From positions 18,569 through 82,568 of the forward strand of contig CAKOND010000004.1 in NCBI GenBank assembly GCA_934096945.1: a stretch of 64,000 nucleotides of DNA, read 5' to 3'. Source of the DNA: an uncultured Bacilli bacterium. Its GTDB lineage: Bacteria > Bacillota_I > Bacilli_A > RF39 > UBA660. Below are positions 1-12,144 of the stretch, in pieces (the first letter of the stretch is position 1; each line of letters begins with the position of its first letter). The translations under genes and the position numbers were made by a program. The notes under the pieces were generated by a model that saw nothing but the letters and a program-made list of their open reading frames with translations, made no database searches and had not been told where the DNA came from.

Positions 1-1130
1 ACTATACATTTAAATATATTACGGAAGATGAAGTGGATAACTTTGTGGAACCGGTAGCTCCGGAAGAAACTAAAGAAATGGAAATAGAGTGGAATACTAA
101 TTTAAATCCAAAGTTTACTTTTGATAATTATGTAGTTGGGAACTCAAATAGACTTGCGTTTGTAGCGGCGAGGGCTGTTGCAGAGGCACCTGGTACTATT
201 CATAATCCATTATTTATATATGGAAGAAGTGGAATAGGGAAAACACATTTGATGCAAGCAATAGGTAATTATATAAAAGACCATTCTAAATTAAAGGTAT
301 TATATACCACAAGTAATGAGTTTAGAGATGAGTTTACGGGAATTGCCACAAGTAATAATAAGATAGGGTATGCTAATGATTTTAAGAATAAATATAGGAA
401 TGTAGATGTTCTTATTATAGATGATATACAGTTTCTAGTGGAAGCTGAGAAAACTCAACAAGAGTTTTTCCATACATTTAATGCTCTCCATCAAGCTAAT
501 AAACAAATTATTATAAGTAGCGATAAGAGTCCAGATGACCTTAAGAAAATAGAAGAGCGGCTTAGAAGTAGATTTATGTGGGGACTTCCTGTTGATATTT
601 ATCCTCCGGATTTTAACTTAAGATGTGATATAATAAGGTCGAAGGTTAAAAATACGAGTATTGAGGATAAGTTAAATGAAGATGTAATAGAATATATTGC
701 TAATTCATGTGTCAATGATGTAAGGCACATTGAAGGAACTATAAATAGGTTGCTTGCTTACACAGCAATGATGGTTCCTGAGAAAATAACACTCGATTTT
801 GCTAATGAGGCACTTAATGATTATGTTAATACTAACATATTTATCAACAATTCGATTGCTTCAATACAAAGTGCTGTTGCAGAATACTTTAAAATATCGG
901 TTGATGATTTGAAAAGTAAGAGAAGAACTAATACAGTTGTAAGGCCAAGACATATAGCAATGTACCTTTGTAGAGTGGAAACAGATGAAAATTTACAGAA
1001 AATAGGACTTGAGTTCGGGGGAAGAGACCACTCAACAGTATCTACAGCAATTGATAAGATAAAAGAAGAGTTAGAAACTAATCCTAATCTTAATAATATG
1101 CTCAAAGAAATTAAAATGAAGTTACAATAA
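1..1130 (+). CDS. dnaA: Chromosomal replication initiator DnaA, N-terminus cut off by the window edge
   Basis: ORF 33..1130 has an AAA+ Walker A (GRSGIGKTHL), Walker B (LIIDDIQF) and a C-terminal DnaA-box-binding HTH. The frame is open back to base 3 and domains I-II are missing, so the true start lies upstream of the window. Confidence 0.9.
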   Translation, partial: YTFKYITEDEVDNFVEPVAPEETKEMEIEWNTNLNPKFTFDNYVVGNSNRLAFVAARAVAEAPGTIHNPLFIYGRSGIGKTHLMQAIGNYIKDHSKLKVLYTTSNEFRDEFTGIATSNNKIGYANDFKNKYRNVDVLIIDDIQFLVEAEKTQQEFFHTFNALHQANKQIIISSDKSPDDLKKIEERLRSRFMWGLPVDIYPPDFNLRCDIIRSKVKNTSIEDKLNEDVIEYIANSCVNDVRHIEGTINRLLAYTAMMVPEKITLDFANEALNDYVNTNIFINNSIASIQSAVAEYFKISVDDLKSKRRTNTVVRPRHIAMYLCRVETDENLQKIGLEFGGRDHSTVSTAIDKIKEELETNPNLNNMLKEIKMKLQ

Positions 1131-1191
1131 TGTTGATAATTTGGGTAAAAAAAATACAGAATATTAAAGAAAAATAGTAAATAAATAGTGG

Positions 1192-1200
1192 TTATCCACA
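1192..1200 (+). promoter_or_regulatory. Perfect DnaA box TTATCCACA in the dnaA-dnaN spacer, next to a very AT-rich stretch (oriC part 2-like)
   Basis: Exact 9-mer consensus in gtggTTATCCACAttaat. The surrounding 130-bp spacer is more than 85% AT, a candidate DNA-unwinding element. Confidence 0.55.
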
Positions 1201-1259
1201 TTAATAACACCACTAATAAATAATAATAATTAATAACATAAAGAAAGAAGGAATAAAAA

Positions 1260-2378
1260 ATGAAATGGACAATTGAAAAAAATGTAATTTTAGAAGCTTT
1301 AAATAATGTTACTAAAGCTTTAAGTCAAAGGACTACAATACCAGTACTTAATGGGATAGTATTTGATGTTAGTGAAAAGGGAATAGAACTACTTGCTAGT
1401 GATTCAGAACTTACTATAAAGGTTCTTATTAGTCATGAAAATATAAAGATGCTTGAAGGAAAAGGTAAAATTATTATTCAAAGTAAATATTTTGTTGATA
1501 TGATAAGAAAGATGCCTAGTGAGAATATCGATTTTGAAGTTGAAGATAACTTAAAGATTAAAATTAGTACACCAAATAACCAATATAGATTAAATTGCTA
1601 TAATCCAAGTGATTATCCAAATATAAATATAGAAAAAAGTGATGATGCTATTAATATTAAATCTGAAGTTTTAAGAGAAATAATTAATCAAACTTCTTAT
1701 GCATTATCAACTCAAGAAGTAAGACCTTTATTAACAGGTATTAACTTTAAAATAAATGGAGATATTTTAGAATGTATTTGTACTGATTCTTACAGATTAT
1801 CTAAGAAAAATATTAAGTTAGATGTACCTAGTAGTAAACAAGTTAATATTGTTATTCCAGGAAGAAGTATTACTGAACTTGAAAAAATTATAGCTGAAGA
1901 TGATAATGTGGAAATCTATGTATTTACTAACAAAATATTATTTGTTTATAAAAATATTTATGTTCAAAGTAATTTACTTAGTGGAAGTTATCCAGAAACT
2001 AGTCACTTTATTCCAAATGACTTTGCATATATGATAAATTTAAATATGAAAGAATTCTATGATGCAGTTGATAGAGCAGCATTACTTGCTCAAAATAAGG
2101 AAAAAAATATTATAAAGATGCATATTCAAGATAAAGATATGGTTATTACATCAACAAGTAATGAATTAGGTAATGCTGAAGAAAAATTACATATTGATAG
2201 TAATAATAAAGAAAAGATTGAAGTATCTTTCTCAAGTAAGTTTATGATGGATGCATTAAAGGTTATTAAAGAAGAGAATATTTTACTTCTTCTTAATACT
2301 GATGATAAGCCAATTTTGATTAAACCAGTTACTGATGAATCACTTACTGAGCTTATTTTACCTATTAAAACATATTAA
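1260..2378 (+). CDS. dnaN: DNA polymerase III beta sliding clamp
   Basis: 372 aa. Position right after dnaA and sequence typical of beta clamps (three-domain repeat, C-terminal LILPIK-like tail). RBS gaaggaa precedes the ATG. Confidence 0.92.
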   Translation: MKWTIEKNVILEALNNVTKALSQRTTIPVLNGIVFDVSEKGIELLASDSELTIKVLISHENIKMLEGKGKIIIQSKYFVDMIRKMPSENIDFEVEDNLKIKISTPNNQYRLNCYNPSDYPNINIEKSDDAINIKSEVLREIINQTSYALSTQEVRPLLTGINFKINGDILECICTDSYRLSKKNIKLDVPSSKQVNIVIPGRSITELEKIIAEDDNVEIYVFTNKILFVYKNIYVQSNLLSGSYPETSHFIPNDFAYMINLNMKEFYDAVDRAALLAQNKEKNIIKMHIQDKDMVITSTSNELGNAEEKLHIDSNNKEKIEVSFSSKFMMDALKVIKEENILLLLNTDDKPILIKPVTDESLTELILPIKTY

Positions 2379-2479
2379 TTTTAAGAAAAATTGAACAAAT
2401 TTGCGTTTGTTCTTTTTTTTCGACAAATTTTGCACTTTCTTTGTGGTAAGATAACAAATTAATGAAGGAGGTGCTCATT

Positions 2480-2902
2480 TTGTTTAAAATTGATAAGGAA
2501 GTTCTTATGATTGATTATGACGGGCTTAATACAAATGTTACAACTACTTATGGCGATGTTGTTTTTAGGGGAAATAATATTAAAAATATTTTAAATGAAA
2601 GCTGCATTAGTTTTGGAAGTAGTTTAAATGGCAGAATAAAGGGAAGTAAATGGGCTTTAAAAAGTAAATATAAGCTGCCAGTTGTAGTTAGTGAGAAAGA
2701 AAAATTAGTTTTTTTTCCTGTTAAAGAGATGGGAAGAGAAATATGGGTTAATTTTGATATGATAAAAGAAGTAAAAAAGAATAAAAATGTGGTAAAAGTA
2801 GAGTTTAAAAATGGTTTAAAAGTGGATATAAATGTAAGTTATACAATTTTTAATAACCAAGTTTTGAAAGCTAGTAGATTGTGGATAATTTTTTTAACAT
2901 AA
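2480..2902 (+). CDS. ComK-family competence transcription factor-like protein
   Basis: Matches ComK in blocks: CISFGSSLNGRIKGS versus CRFFGSSYAGRKAG, KLVFFPV versus QIFLFPT, VSYTIFNNQVLKASRLW versus ISYNSFENQVYRTAWL. The likely start is TTG at 2480, 8 nt after RBS AAGGAGG. The ORF-track start at 2462 is inside the RBS. Confidence 0.6.
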   Translation: MFKIDKEVLMIDYDGLNTNVTTTYGDVVFRGNNIKNILNESCISFGSSLNGRIKGSKWALKSKYKLPVVVSEKEKLVFFPVKEMGREIWVNFDMIKEVKKNKNVVKVEFKNGLKVDINVSYTIFNNQVLKASRLWIIFLT

Positions 2903-3024
2903 ATGTGAAGAAAAATGTAACTTTTTCTTTAAAATGGGGCTAGATTGTGATATAATTAATATGTGTATAGGTATACCAAAATAGCTTTAATTTTTAATAT
3001 AGGGCTACTTAAGGGGGTAAATTA

Positions 3025-6040
<3,016 letters not shown>

Positions 6041-6049
6041 GAGGTTAAT

Positions 6050-8545
6050 ATGGATCATAGTAGAGATAGATTACAAGAAAATAATATTGTAAGTGAAATT
6101 GAATCGTCTTTTATTGAGTATTCAATGAGTGTTATTATTTCCAGAGCTTTGCCGGATTTAAGAGATGGTTTAAAGCCAGTTCATAGAAGAATTATTTATG
6201 ATATGTTAGAAAATGGTTTGACACCAGATAAAAAACATCGTAAAAGTGCTACGATAGTTGGGGATGTTATGGGGAAATACCACCCACATGGTGACTCATC
6301 AATTTATGATGCTATGGTAAGAATGGCACAAGACTTTAACTATCGTTATTTACTTGTTGATGGACATGGTAACTTTGGTAATATTGAGTATCCTAGAGCT
6401 GCTGCTTATCGTTATACTGAAAGTAAACTTGCTAAGATATCAATGGAACTTTTAAGAGATATCAACAAAAATACTGTTAATTTTGTACCAAATTATGATG
6501 ATTCTACGGTAGAACCTGAAGTTTTACCTTCAAGATTTCCAAATATTTTAGTTAATGGAACAATGGGGATTGCTGTTGGTATGGCAACAAATATTCCACC
6601 ACATAATTTAGGTGAAGTTGTTGATGGTTGTATTGCTTATATTGATAATCCTGATATTACTACGGAAGAGTTAATGCAACATATTAAGGGTCCAGATTTT
6701 CCAACTGGTGGCATTATTTTAGGTAATTCTGGAATAAAAAAAGCTTATGAAACTGGTAGAGGTTCAATAACTATTAGAAGTAAGGCAACAATTGAAGAAA
6801 AAAATGGAAGACATTATATTGTTATTGAAGAAGTTCCTTATGGTGTTAATACACTTGATTTAAAACAAAAAGTTGCAGATTTAGTACATAACAAAGTACT
6901 TGAAGGTATTACTGATTATCATACTGATTTAAAAGATGGTATTAAAATAACTATAACGCTTAAGAAAGATGCTAATCCTCAAGTAGTTTTAAATAATTTA
7001 TATAAGCATACGGCTTTTCAAACAACTTTTGGTATTATTTTCTTGATGCTTGATAAAGGTGTACCTAGAACTTTAGGTTTAAAAGATATAATTAGTAAAT
7101 ATGTAGATTATCAACAAGAAGTTATTATTAGAAGAACTCAATTTGAATTAGATAAAGCTGAAAAGAGAGTACATATCTTAGAAGGTTATAAGATTGTGTT
7201 TGATAATTTAGATGAAGTTATTAAAATTATTAAAGAATCTAAGGCTGATGGAGAAGCTAAATCTAAGTTAATGGCACGTTTTGGATTAACTGAAGCTCAA
7301 ACTGATAATATTTTAGAAATGAAATTACGTCGTTTAACGGGTCTAGAACGTGAAAAGATTGAAGAAGAACTAAATACACTCAGAATCGAAATAGAACGCT
7401 TACGTGGTATTTTAGCGGATAATAATAAGGTGTTAGGCATCATTAAAGATGAAATGACTGAAATTAAAAATAAATATGGTGATGAAAGACGTACTAAGAT
7501 TGATATGACTGCGGTTGATTATATTGAAGATGAATCTTTAATTCCAGAAGAAAATATATTGGTAGTACTTACTAACAAAGGTTATATTAAGAGAACTACT
7601 GCTGATACATTTAAGTCACAAAATAGAGGTGGCGTTGGAATTAAGGGAATGTCTACGAATGATGAAGACTTTGTTGAACACATGATTAACTTATCAACAC
7701 ATGATTATATCTTGTTCTTCACTGATAAAGGTAAAGTATATAGACTTAAAGGTTATGAAATTCCTGAGTTTTCACGTCAATCTAAGGGTATTCCAATTGT
7801 AAATTTACTTCAAGTTGAAAAAGATGAAAGAGTTAATGCTGTTATTCAAATAAGTCGTGAAGAGAATAGTAAATACTTGTTATTTGCAACTGAATCTGGT
7901 GTTGTTAAGAAGACTTTAATTAGTGAATTTGATAATATTAGAAATAGTGGTAAGATTTGTATTTCTTTAAGAGAAAACGATAAACTTATTGGTGTTAAGA
8001 AGACTTCTGGTAATGATTTAGTGCTTCTTGGTAGTGATAGTGGTAGAATGGTTAAGTTTAATGAAGATGAAATCAGAGTTATGGGACGTACTGCTTCAGG
8101 TGTTCGTGGTATTTCACTAGATGGAAGTAAATGTATTTGTTCTGAAATTGTTAAAGAAGATGATACTATTCTTCTTGTAACTGAAAAAGGTTATGGTAAA
8201 CAAACTAAGGTTAGTGAATATCGTCAAACTAGAAGAGGTTCTAAAGGTGTTAAAGCCATGAATATTACTGAAAAGAATGGTAATTTAGTAAGTGTTAAGA
8301 TTGTTCATGAAGGCAAAGAACTTGTTATCATGACAAACTCTGGTATGACAATGAGAATGCCACTTGATCAAATATCTGTTCTTGGTAGAGTTACGCAAGG
8401 TTTAAGACTTATTAATTTAAAAGATAATCAAAAGGTATCTACGATTAGTTTAGTAGATAAACTAGAAGAAGAACCTTCTCAAGAAAGCATAGAACAAGGT
8501 GAAAATGTTGCTCAAAATGAATCAGAAGCAACTGAAAATATTTAA
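6050..8545 (+). CDS. gyrA: DNA gyrase subunit A
   Basis: 831 aa. Active-site region [14 protein letters not shown] (catalytic Tyr), the QRDR-like [13 protein letters not shown], a C-terminal beta-pinwheel repeat region and an acidic tail. Confidence 0.93.
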   Translation: MDHSRDRLQENNIVSEIESSFIEYSMSVIISRALPDLRDGLKPVHRRIIYDMLENGLTPDKKHRKSATIVGDVMGKYHPHGDSSIYDAMVRMAQDFNYRYLLVDGHGNFGNIEYPRAAAYRYTESKLAKISMELLRDINKNTVNFVPNYDDSTVEPEVLPSRFPNILVNGTMGIAVGMATNIPPHNLGEVVDGCIAYIDNPDITTEELMQHIKGPDFPTGGIILGNSGIKKAYETGRGSITIRSKATIEEKNGRHYIVIEEVPYGVNTLDLKQKVADLVHNKVLEGITDYHTDLKDGIKITITLKKDANPQVVLNNLYKHTAFQTTFGIIFLMLDKGVPRTLGLKDIISKYVDYQQEVIIRRTQFELDKAEKRVHILEGYKIVFDNLDEVIKIIKESKADGEAKSKLMARFGLTEAQTDNILEMKLRRLTGLEREKIEEELNTLRIEIERLRGILADNNKVLGIIKDEMTEIKNKYGDERRTKIDMTAVDYIEDESLIPEENILVVLTNKGYIKRTTADTFKSQNRGGVGIKGMSTNDEDFVEHMINLSTHDYILFFTDKGKVYRLKGYEIPEFSRQSKGIPIVNLLQVEKDERVNAVIQISREENSKYLLFATESGVVKKTLISEFDNIRNSGKICISLRENDKLIGVKKTSGNDLVLLGSDSGRMVKFNEDEIRVMGRTASGVRGISLDGSKCICSEIVKEDDTILLVTEKGYGKQTKVSEYRQTRRGSKGVKAMNITEKNGNLVSVKIVHEGKELVIMTNSGMTMRMPLDQISVLGRVTQGLRLINLKDNQKVSTISLVDKLEEEPSQESIEQGENVAQNESEATENI

Positions 8546-8552
8546 AATACTG

Positions 8553-8576
8553 AGGCTGAATAAGCCTTTTTATTTT
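8553..8576 (+). terminator. Weak rho-independent terminator after gyrA
   Basis: Hairpin AGGCT-gaata-AGCCT followed by TTTTTATTTT. Confidence 0.4.
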
Positions 8577-8747
8577 GAATCATTGTGTATATACAATGTA
8601 TAATTTATTAAATTACTTATAATATAAACTTATTTTTTTGGCTGAAATATGCCAAATATTTTTTATTATTATTAGTTGATGTATGAGTTATCAACATGAA
8701 TTTTAATTTGAATATAACTGGTTATTGAACTTTTTATTTCATATTTA

Positions 8748-8763
8748 TGTTTCACGTGAAACA
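8748..8763. promoter_or_regulatory. parS site 1, TGTTTCACGTGAAACA (perfect palindrome, 18 bp with flanking A/T)
   Basis: Exact match to the parS consensus. Preceded by gagTTATCAACAtg. Confidence 0.8.
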
Positions 8764-8879
8764 TTTATTAAGTATTGTTTAATTATCATTAATGTTTATT
8801 TTTTTACTTAATTATTATAATTTACTTATAAATTATATTATATCAGTTTATGAAGTTATTTGTTTATAATATGTCTGAA

Positions 8880-8895
8880 TGTTTCACGTGAAACG
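8880..8895. promoter_or_regulatory. parS site 2, TGTTTCACGTGAAACG
   Basis: 15 of 16 matches to the palindromic parS. Confidence 0.7.
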
Positions 8896-9026
8896 TTTGG
8901 GTATAACATTTTAATATTTTAATAATTTTGTTTTATTTTATATTTATTAATAATTTTTAATTTATATTATAATTATTTTCTTATTATTTTATTTATAACA
9001 TTTTTATTTTTTACTTTATATTTTAA

Positions 9027-9042
9027 TGTTTCACGTGAAACA
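9027..9042. promoter_or_regulatory. parS site 3, TGTTTCACGTGAAACA
   Basis: Perfect palindrome. Followed by ttgTGTTGATAAc. Confidence 0.8.
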
Positions 9043-9119
9043 TTGTGTTGATAACATGTTAGTTTTTACATTTTAATATAATAATTTTTATTTTTAATAA
9101 TTTTTACTGATTATATTTA

Positions 9120-9135
9120 TGTTTCACGTGGAACA
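9120..9135. promoter_or_regulatory. parS site 4, TGTTTCACGTGGAACA (reverse complement of the B. subtilis consensus TGTTCCACGTGAAACA)
   Basis: Exact match to the B. subtilis parS consensus on the opposite strand. Followed by TTGTTGACAAtt. Confidence 0.8.
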
Positions 9136-9205
9136 TTGTTGACAATTAGTTATTAATTATATAATAAGCTAATTATTATAGTAAAATAAGTCTTATATTT
9201 CATGA

Positions 9206-9221
9206 CGTTTCACGTGAAACA
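9206..9221. promoter_or_regulatory. parS site 5, CGTTTCACGTGAAACA
   Basis: 15 of 16. Followed by tctGTTGGTAAc. Confidence 0.7.
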
Positions 9222-9308
9222 TCTGTTGGTAACTTGTTTTTATCTTATAATTGGGTTTATCTTAATAAAACATTCATTTTTTTATAGCATTTGTAATTAA
9301 CAATTTTA

Positions 9309-9324
9309 TGTTTCACGTGAAACA
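9309..9324. promoter_or_regulatory. parS site 6, TGTTTCACGTGAAACA
   Basis: Perfect palindrome. Followed by ttacGTTGATAAtt. Confidence 0.8.
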
Positions 9325-9413
9325 TTACGTTGATAATTAGTTACTAAATACTTAATTAAGATTTACTTATGACATAATCATCTTTTACAATTAATATATA
9401 TAGCTAAAATATA

Positions 9414-9429
9414 TGTTTCACGTGGAACA
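9414..9429. promoter_or_regulatory. parS site 7, TGTTTCACGTGGAACA
   Basis: Exact B. subtilis-type consensus on the opposite strand. Followed by ttgTGTTGATAgtttgatgataatt. Confidence 0.8.
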
Positions 9430-9484
9430 TATATTTATTTTGTGTTGATAGTTTGATGATAATTAAGTTTATTATATGTTTGAA

Positions 9485-9500
9485 TGTTTCACGTGAAACG
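9485..9500. promoter_or_regulatory. parS site 8, TGTTTCACGTGAAACG
   Basis: 15 of 16. Followed by TTGTTAAtt. Confidence 0.7.
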
Positions 9501-9634
9501 TTGTTAATTTCCTAATAAATACTGCAATATTTTATACGAATAAATGTACACAATAACAAACAAATGTTTATTTAAAAATTTATCTTATTATATAACTATT
9601 ATTTTGAAAGATTTTTATATATAATTTAGCTTAC

Positions 9635-9667
9635 ATTATTTCCCGGGAAATAATTGGTTAACATAAT
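9635..9667. repeat. 33-bp repeat copy 1: 20-bp palindrome ATTATTTCCCGGGAAATAAT plus TGGTTAACATAAT
   Basis: A perfect 20-bp inverted repeat around the CCCGGG core, fused to a 13-bp tail containing palindromic GTTAAC. A second near-identical copy lies 158 bp downstream. Confidence 0.6.
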
Positions 9668-9792
9668 GTTGTATTGAAAAGTATAAAGAAAATAAATTTT
9701 TAAAATGCCGCAATGTAAGTAATTAACTAGGAATGATGACAGTTATAAATTAAAAATTTTTATAAAAATAATAAAAGTTATGTTTTATCAAA

Positions 9793-9825
9793 AATATTTC
9801 CCGGGAAATATTTGGTTAACATAAT
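9793..9825. repeat. 33-bp repeat copy 2: 20-bp palindrome AATATTTCCCGGGAAATATT plus TGGTTAACATAAT
   Basis: Same architecture as copy 1. The 13-bp tail is identical and the central 14 bp ATTTCCCGGGAAAT are identical. Confidence 0.6.
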
Positions 9826-9923
9826 ATTTATAATAAGACAAAATTTTAATAAAGTTAGTATTTATTGAAAGATATTTTGTATTTTTAGATTTATTTTCTT
9901 AGTTATTAACATTATTTTTGTGT

Positions 9924-9952
9924 TTGATTATACTTGACTTATTGATTATAAT
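9924..9952 (+). promoter_or_regulatory. Putative sigma-A promoter of the SRP RNA gene (TTGATT-17-TATAAT)
   Basis: -35 TTGATT at 9924-9929, a 17-nt spacer, and -10 TATAAT at 9947-9952, about 10 nt before the predicted RNA start. Confidence 0.45.
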
Positions 9953-9961
9953 TTGATACTA

Positions 9962-10046
9962 TTTAGACGTGCAACAAATATGCTGTAACTTGGTCAGGAT
10001 TGGAAAATAGCAGCCACATCAGCCTATGTTTGTGTGCACATTTTTT
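9962..10046 (+). ncRNA. ffs: Small (4.5S-type) signal recognition particle RNA
   Basis: Contains the conserved SRP domain IV helix-8 signature GGUCAGG-auu-GGAA-aau-AGCAGCC (compare E. coli 4.5S GGUCAGGUCCGGAAGGAAGCAGCC). Terminal helix GUGCAACAAA/UUUGUGUGCAC, then a U8 tract. Sits just upstream of dnaX as in Bacillus (scr-dnaX). Confidence 0.6.
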
Positions 10047-10058
10047 TTGGAGGAAAAC

Positions 10059-10487
10059 ATGGATACAGAAATATTAAATATTTTAATTGAAAATGCTAAT
10101 AAATCACTTGAAAATAATGATGTTCCAGTTGGGGCAGTAATTGTTAAAGATAGAAAAGTTTTGGCTTTTGGTTATAATACACGTGAAAAAGATCAAAATG
10201 TTTTAGGTCATGCTGAGATTAATACTATATTGGAAGCTCAAAGATTTTTAAATAATTGGAATTTAAGTGGTTGTGATATGTATATTACACTAGTTCCTTG
10301 TTCCATGTGTTTAGAAATAATTAAACAAAGTAGAATTGACAATATTTATTATTTGCTTGATAAACCAGCATCTAAGAAAGAATTTTATAAAACAAAGATG
10401 CAAAAAATTAATGATGCTAATTATGAAAATAAATATGCTGATATATTAAGTTATTTTTTTAAAAAATTAAGAGAAAAAAATAAATAA
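10059..10487 (+). CDS. tadA: tRNA-specific adenosine-34 deaminase TadA
   Basis: CDA-fold zinc motifs HAEINTILEA and PCSMCLEII. The true start is ATG 10059 (MDTEILN) after RBS GGAGGA. The ORF-track start at 10026 would overlap the SRP RNA 3' helix and terminator. Confidence 0.85.
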   Translation: MDTEILNILIENANKSLENNDVPVGAVIVKDRKVLAFGYNTREKDQNVLGHAEINTILEAQRFLNNWNLSGCDMYITLVPCSMCLEIIKQSRIDNIYYLLDKPASKKEFYKTKMQKINDANYENKYADILSYFFKKLREKNK

Positions 10488-10519
10488 CTGTGTTATAATT
10501 ATTAGGTAAGGAGGTTTTC

Positions 10520-12127
10520 ATGAATTACAAAGTTTTATATCGTAAATATCGACCAGATGGTTTTGATAATTTAGTTGGTCAAAAACATGTTGTGGATATT
10601 CTTAAAAACTCAATAAAAGAAAAAAGAATCGCACATGCATATCTTTTTTCAGGACCCAGAGGAACTGGTAAAACATCAACAGCAAGAATACTTGCCAAAT
10701 CAGTTAATTGTTTAAACAATAAGGATGGTGTTGCTTGCGGAGAATGTGAAAGTTGTTTATCATTTAATGGTAATCCAGATATTATAGAAATAGATGCGGC
10801 ATCTAATAATGGTGTTGAAGAAATACGTGAACTTATTAATAATGTTAAGATTATGCCTACAAGTTTAAAATATAAGGTTTATATAATAGATGAAGTTCAT
10901 ATGCTAAGTCAAAGTGCTTTTAATGCATTACTTCTTACTTTGGAAGAACCACCTGAACATGTTTTGTTTATTTTGGCAACAACAAACTTAGAAAGTGTGC
11001 CAATTACAATTGTATCGAGATGTCAAAGATTTGAATTTCATAGAATTACCGAAAATGATATAATTGAGAGACTTAAATTTGTATGTGATGAAGAAAAAAT
11101 TGCTTATGAAGATGATGGACTTAAAGAAATTGCTACTTTAGCTGATGGAGGACTTCGTGATGCACTTAGTATACTAGATCAACTTTCCAAAAATGGTGAA
11201 GTTATTACAAGTAAGTTAGTTTCTGAAGAAATAGGTAGTATTTCAAATAAAAAAATAGATGATTTAATTAAATATTTAGATAAAAATGATATTCAAGGTG
11301 TTGAAGAAATATTTAATCATCTTCAAAGTGTTAATTTAAATTATAAAGTATTTGTTAAAAAGTTAGTTTATGCTTTAAGTGATGTTGGAGTTAAACTACT
11401 TAATAGTCCAGATGGTTGGAGACTCGGCTTTGATGATTGTAAAAATTTAATCCTTGAACTTAATAATATACTTATGAAAATTAATATAAGTGTTAATCCA
11501 TATCTTATAATAAAAATGTTAGTTTTAGGTTATATGGATGGTGCAAAAAAAGATGCTCAAATTGATAAAAATTTTGAAAAAATAAATGATGTTCAATCAA
11601 GGTACGAACAGGAAAAAACTGAAGTACAAAGTAAAAAAATTATTTCAAAAATGGAAAGTACAAAAACACAAGAAAGCAAAAATAAAAATGTAGATATAAG
11701 AATTAATAATTGTTTTGCTGAAGCTACAAAAAATGATTTACTTAATTTAAAAGAAAAATGGGATAATTTTGTTGGTAGTACTGATGATGCATCTTTTAAA
11801 GGGCTTCTTAGTGATACAAGTGTTGTGGCAGCTTCACCAACATATGCAATTATTCAAGTTACAATACCTCATAAAGATAAAGAATTAATGGCAAAATTAG
11901 AAATTATAGAAAAAAGGTTTAATGATTTTGCTAATGTTAATTATAAATTAGTATTTTTAGAAGATACAAAATGGAATTATGAAAAAAATGAATATGTAAA
12001 AAAACTTAAGAGTGGGTATAAATATGCTATTCTTGAGGAAAAAGTAGAAAAAGAAGTTAAACAAAATGATATTGATGTGTCGGATGTATCTGATATATTT
12101 GATATAAATAAAATAGAAGTTGAATAA
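10520..12127 (+). CDS. dnaX: DNA polymerase III subunits gamma/tau
   Basis: AAA+ clamp-loader motifs (GPRGTGKTS, DEVHML, SRC) and Zn-module cysteines CGECESC. Conserved dnaX-ybaB-recR order. Confidence 0.9.
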   Translation: MNYKVLYRKYRPDGFDNLVGQKHVVDILKNSIKEKRIAHAYLFSGPRGTGKTSTARILAKSVNCLNNKDGVACGECESCLSFNGNPDIIEIDAASNNGVEEIRELINNVKIMPTSLKYKVYIIDEVHMLSQSAFNALLLTLEEPPEHVLFILATTNLESVPITIVSRCQRFEFHRITENDIIERLKFVCDEEKIAYEDDGLKEIATLADGGLRDALSILDQLSKNGEVITSKLVSEEIGSISNKKIDDLIKYLDKNDIQGVEEIFNHLQSVNLNYKVFVKKLVYALSDVGVKLLNSPDGWRLGFDDCKNLILELNNILMKINISVNPYLIIKMLVLGYMDGAKKDAQIDKNFEKINDVQSRYEQEKTEVQSKKIISKMESTKTQESKNKNVDIRINNCFAEATKNDLLNLKEKWDNFVGSTDDASFKGLLSDTSVVAASPTYAIIQVTIPHKDKELMAKLEIIEKRFNDFANVNYKLVFLEDTKWNYEKNEYVKKLKSGYKYAILEEKVEKEVKQNDIDVSDVSDIFDINKIEVE

Positions 12128-12144
12128 GAAAGGAAGATTAATTT

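Larger units (their letters stand above)
8748..9500. repeat. Tandem array of eight parS (Spo0J/ParB-binding) centromere-like palindromes in a non-coding region
   Basis: Eight copies of the 16-bp palindrome TGTTTCACGTGAAACA or one-base variants, at 71-147-bp spacing in a 753-bp ORF-free AT-rich segment. The motif equals the established Firmicute parS consensus TGTTNCACGTGAAACA. Confidence 0.8.

Noticed and set aside
821-1213. 130-aa minus-strand ORF overlapping dnaA
   Set aside because: Antisense to a highly conserved gene. Low-complexity hydrophobic translation typical of AT-rich antisense frames.
8748-9500. Possible CRISPR array (regularly repeated palindromes)
   Set aside because: The repeats are only 16 bp, the spacing is irregular (71-147 bp), and there are no cas genes. 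The sequence equals the parS consensus.
8748-9500. Palindromes as CcpA cre or other operator sites
   Set aside because: The half-sites do not fit cre (TGWAANCGNTNWCA), Rex, CodY or Fur. There is an exact match to parS instead.
8546-9960. rRNA operon expected downstream of gyrA
   Set aside because: No 16S/23S conserved blocks and no tRNA-like sequences. The region is more than 85% AT.
10026-10058. ORF-track 5' extension of tadA (MFVCTFFLEEN)
   Set aside because: It lies within the SRP RNA terminal helix and terminator, with no RBS. A GGAGGA RBS precedes ATG 10059.
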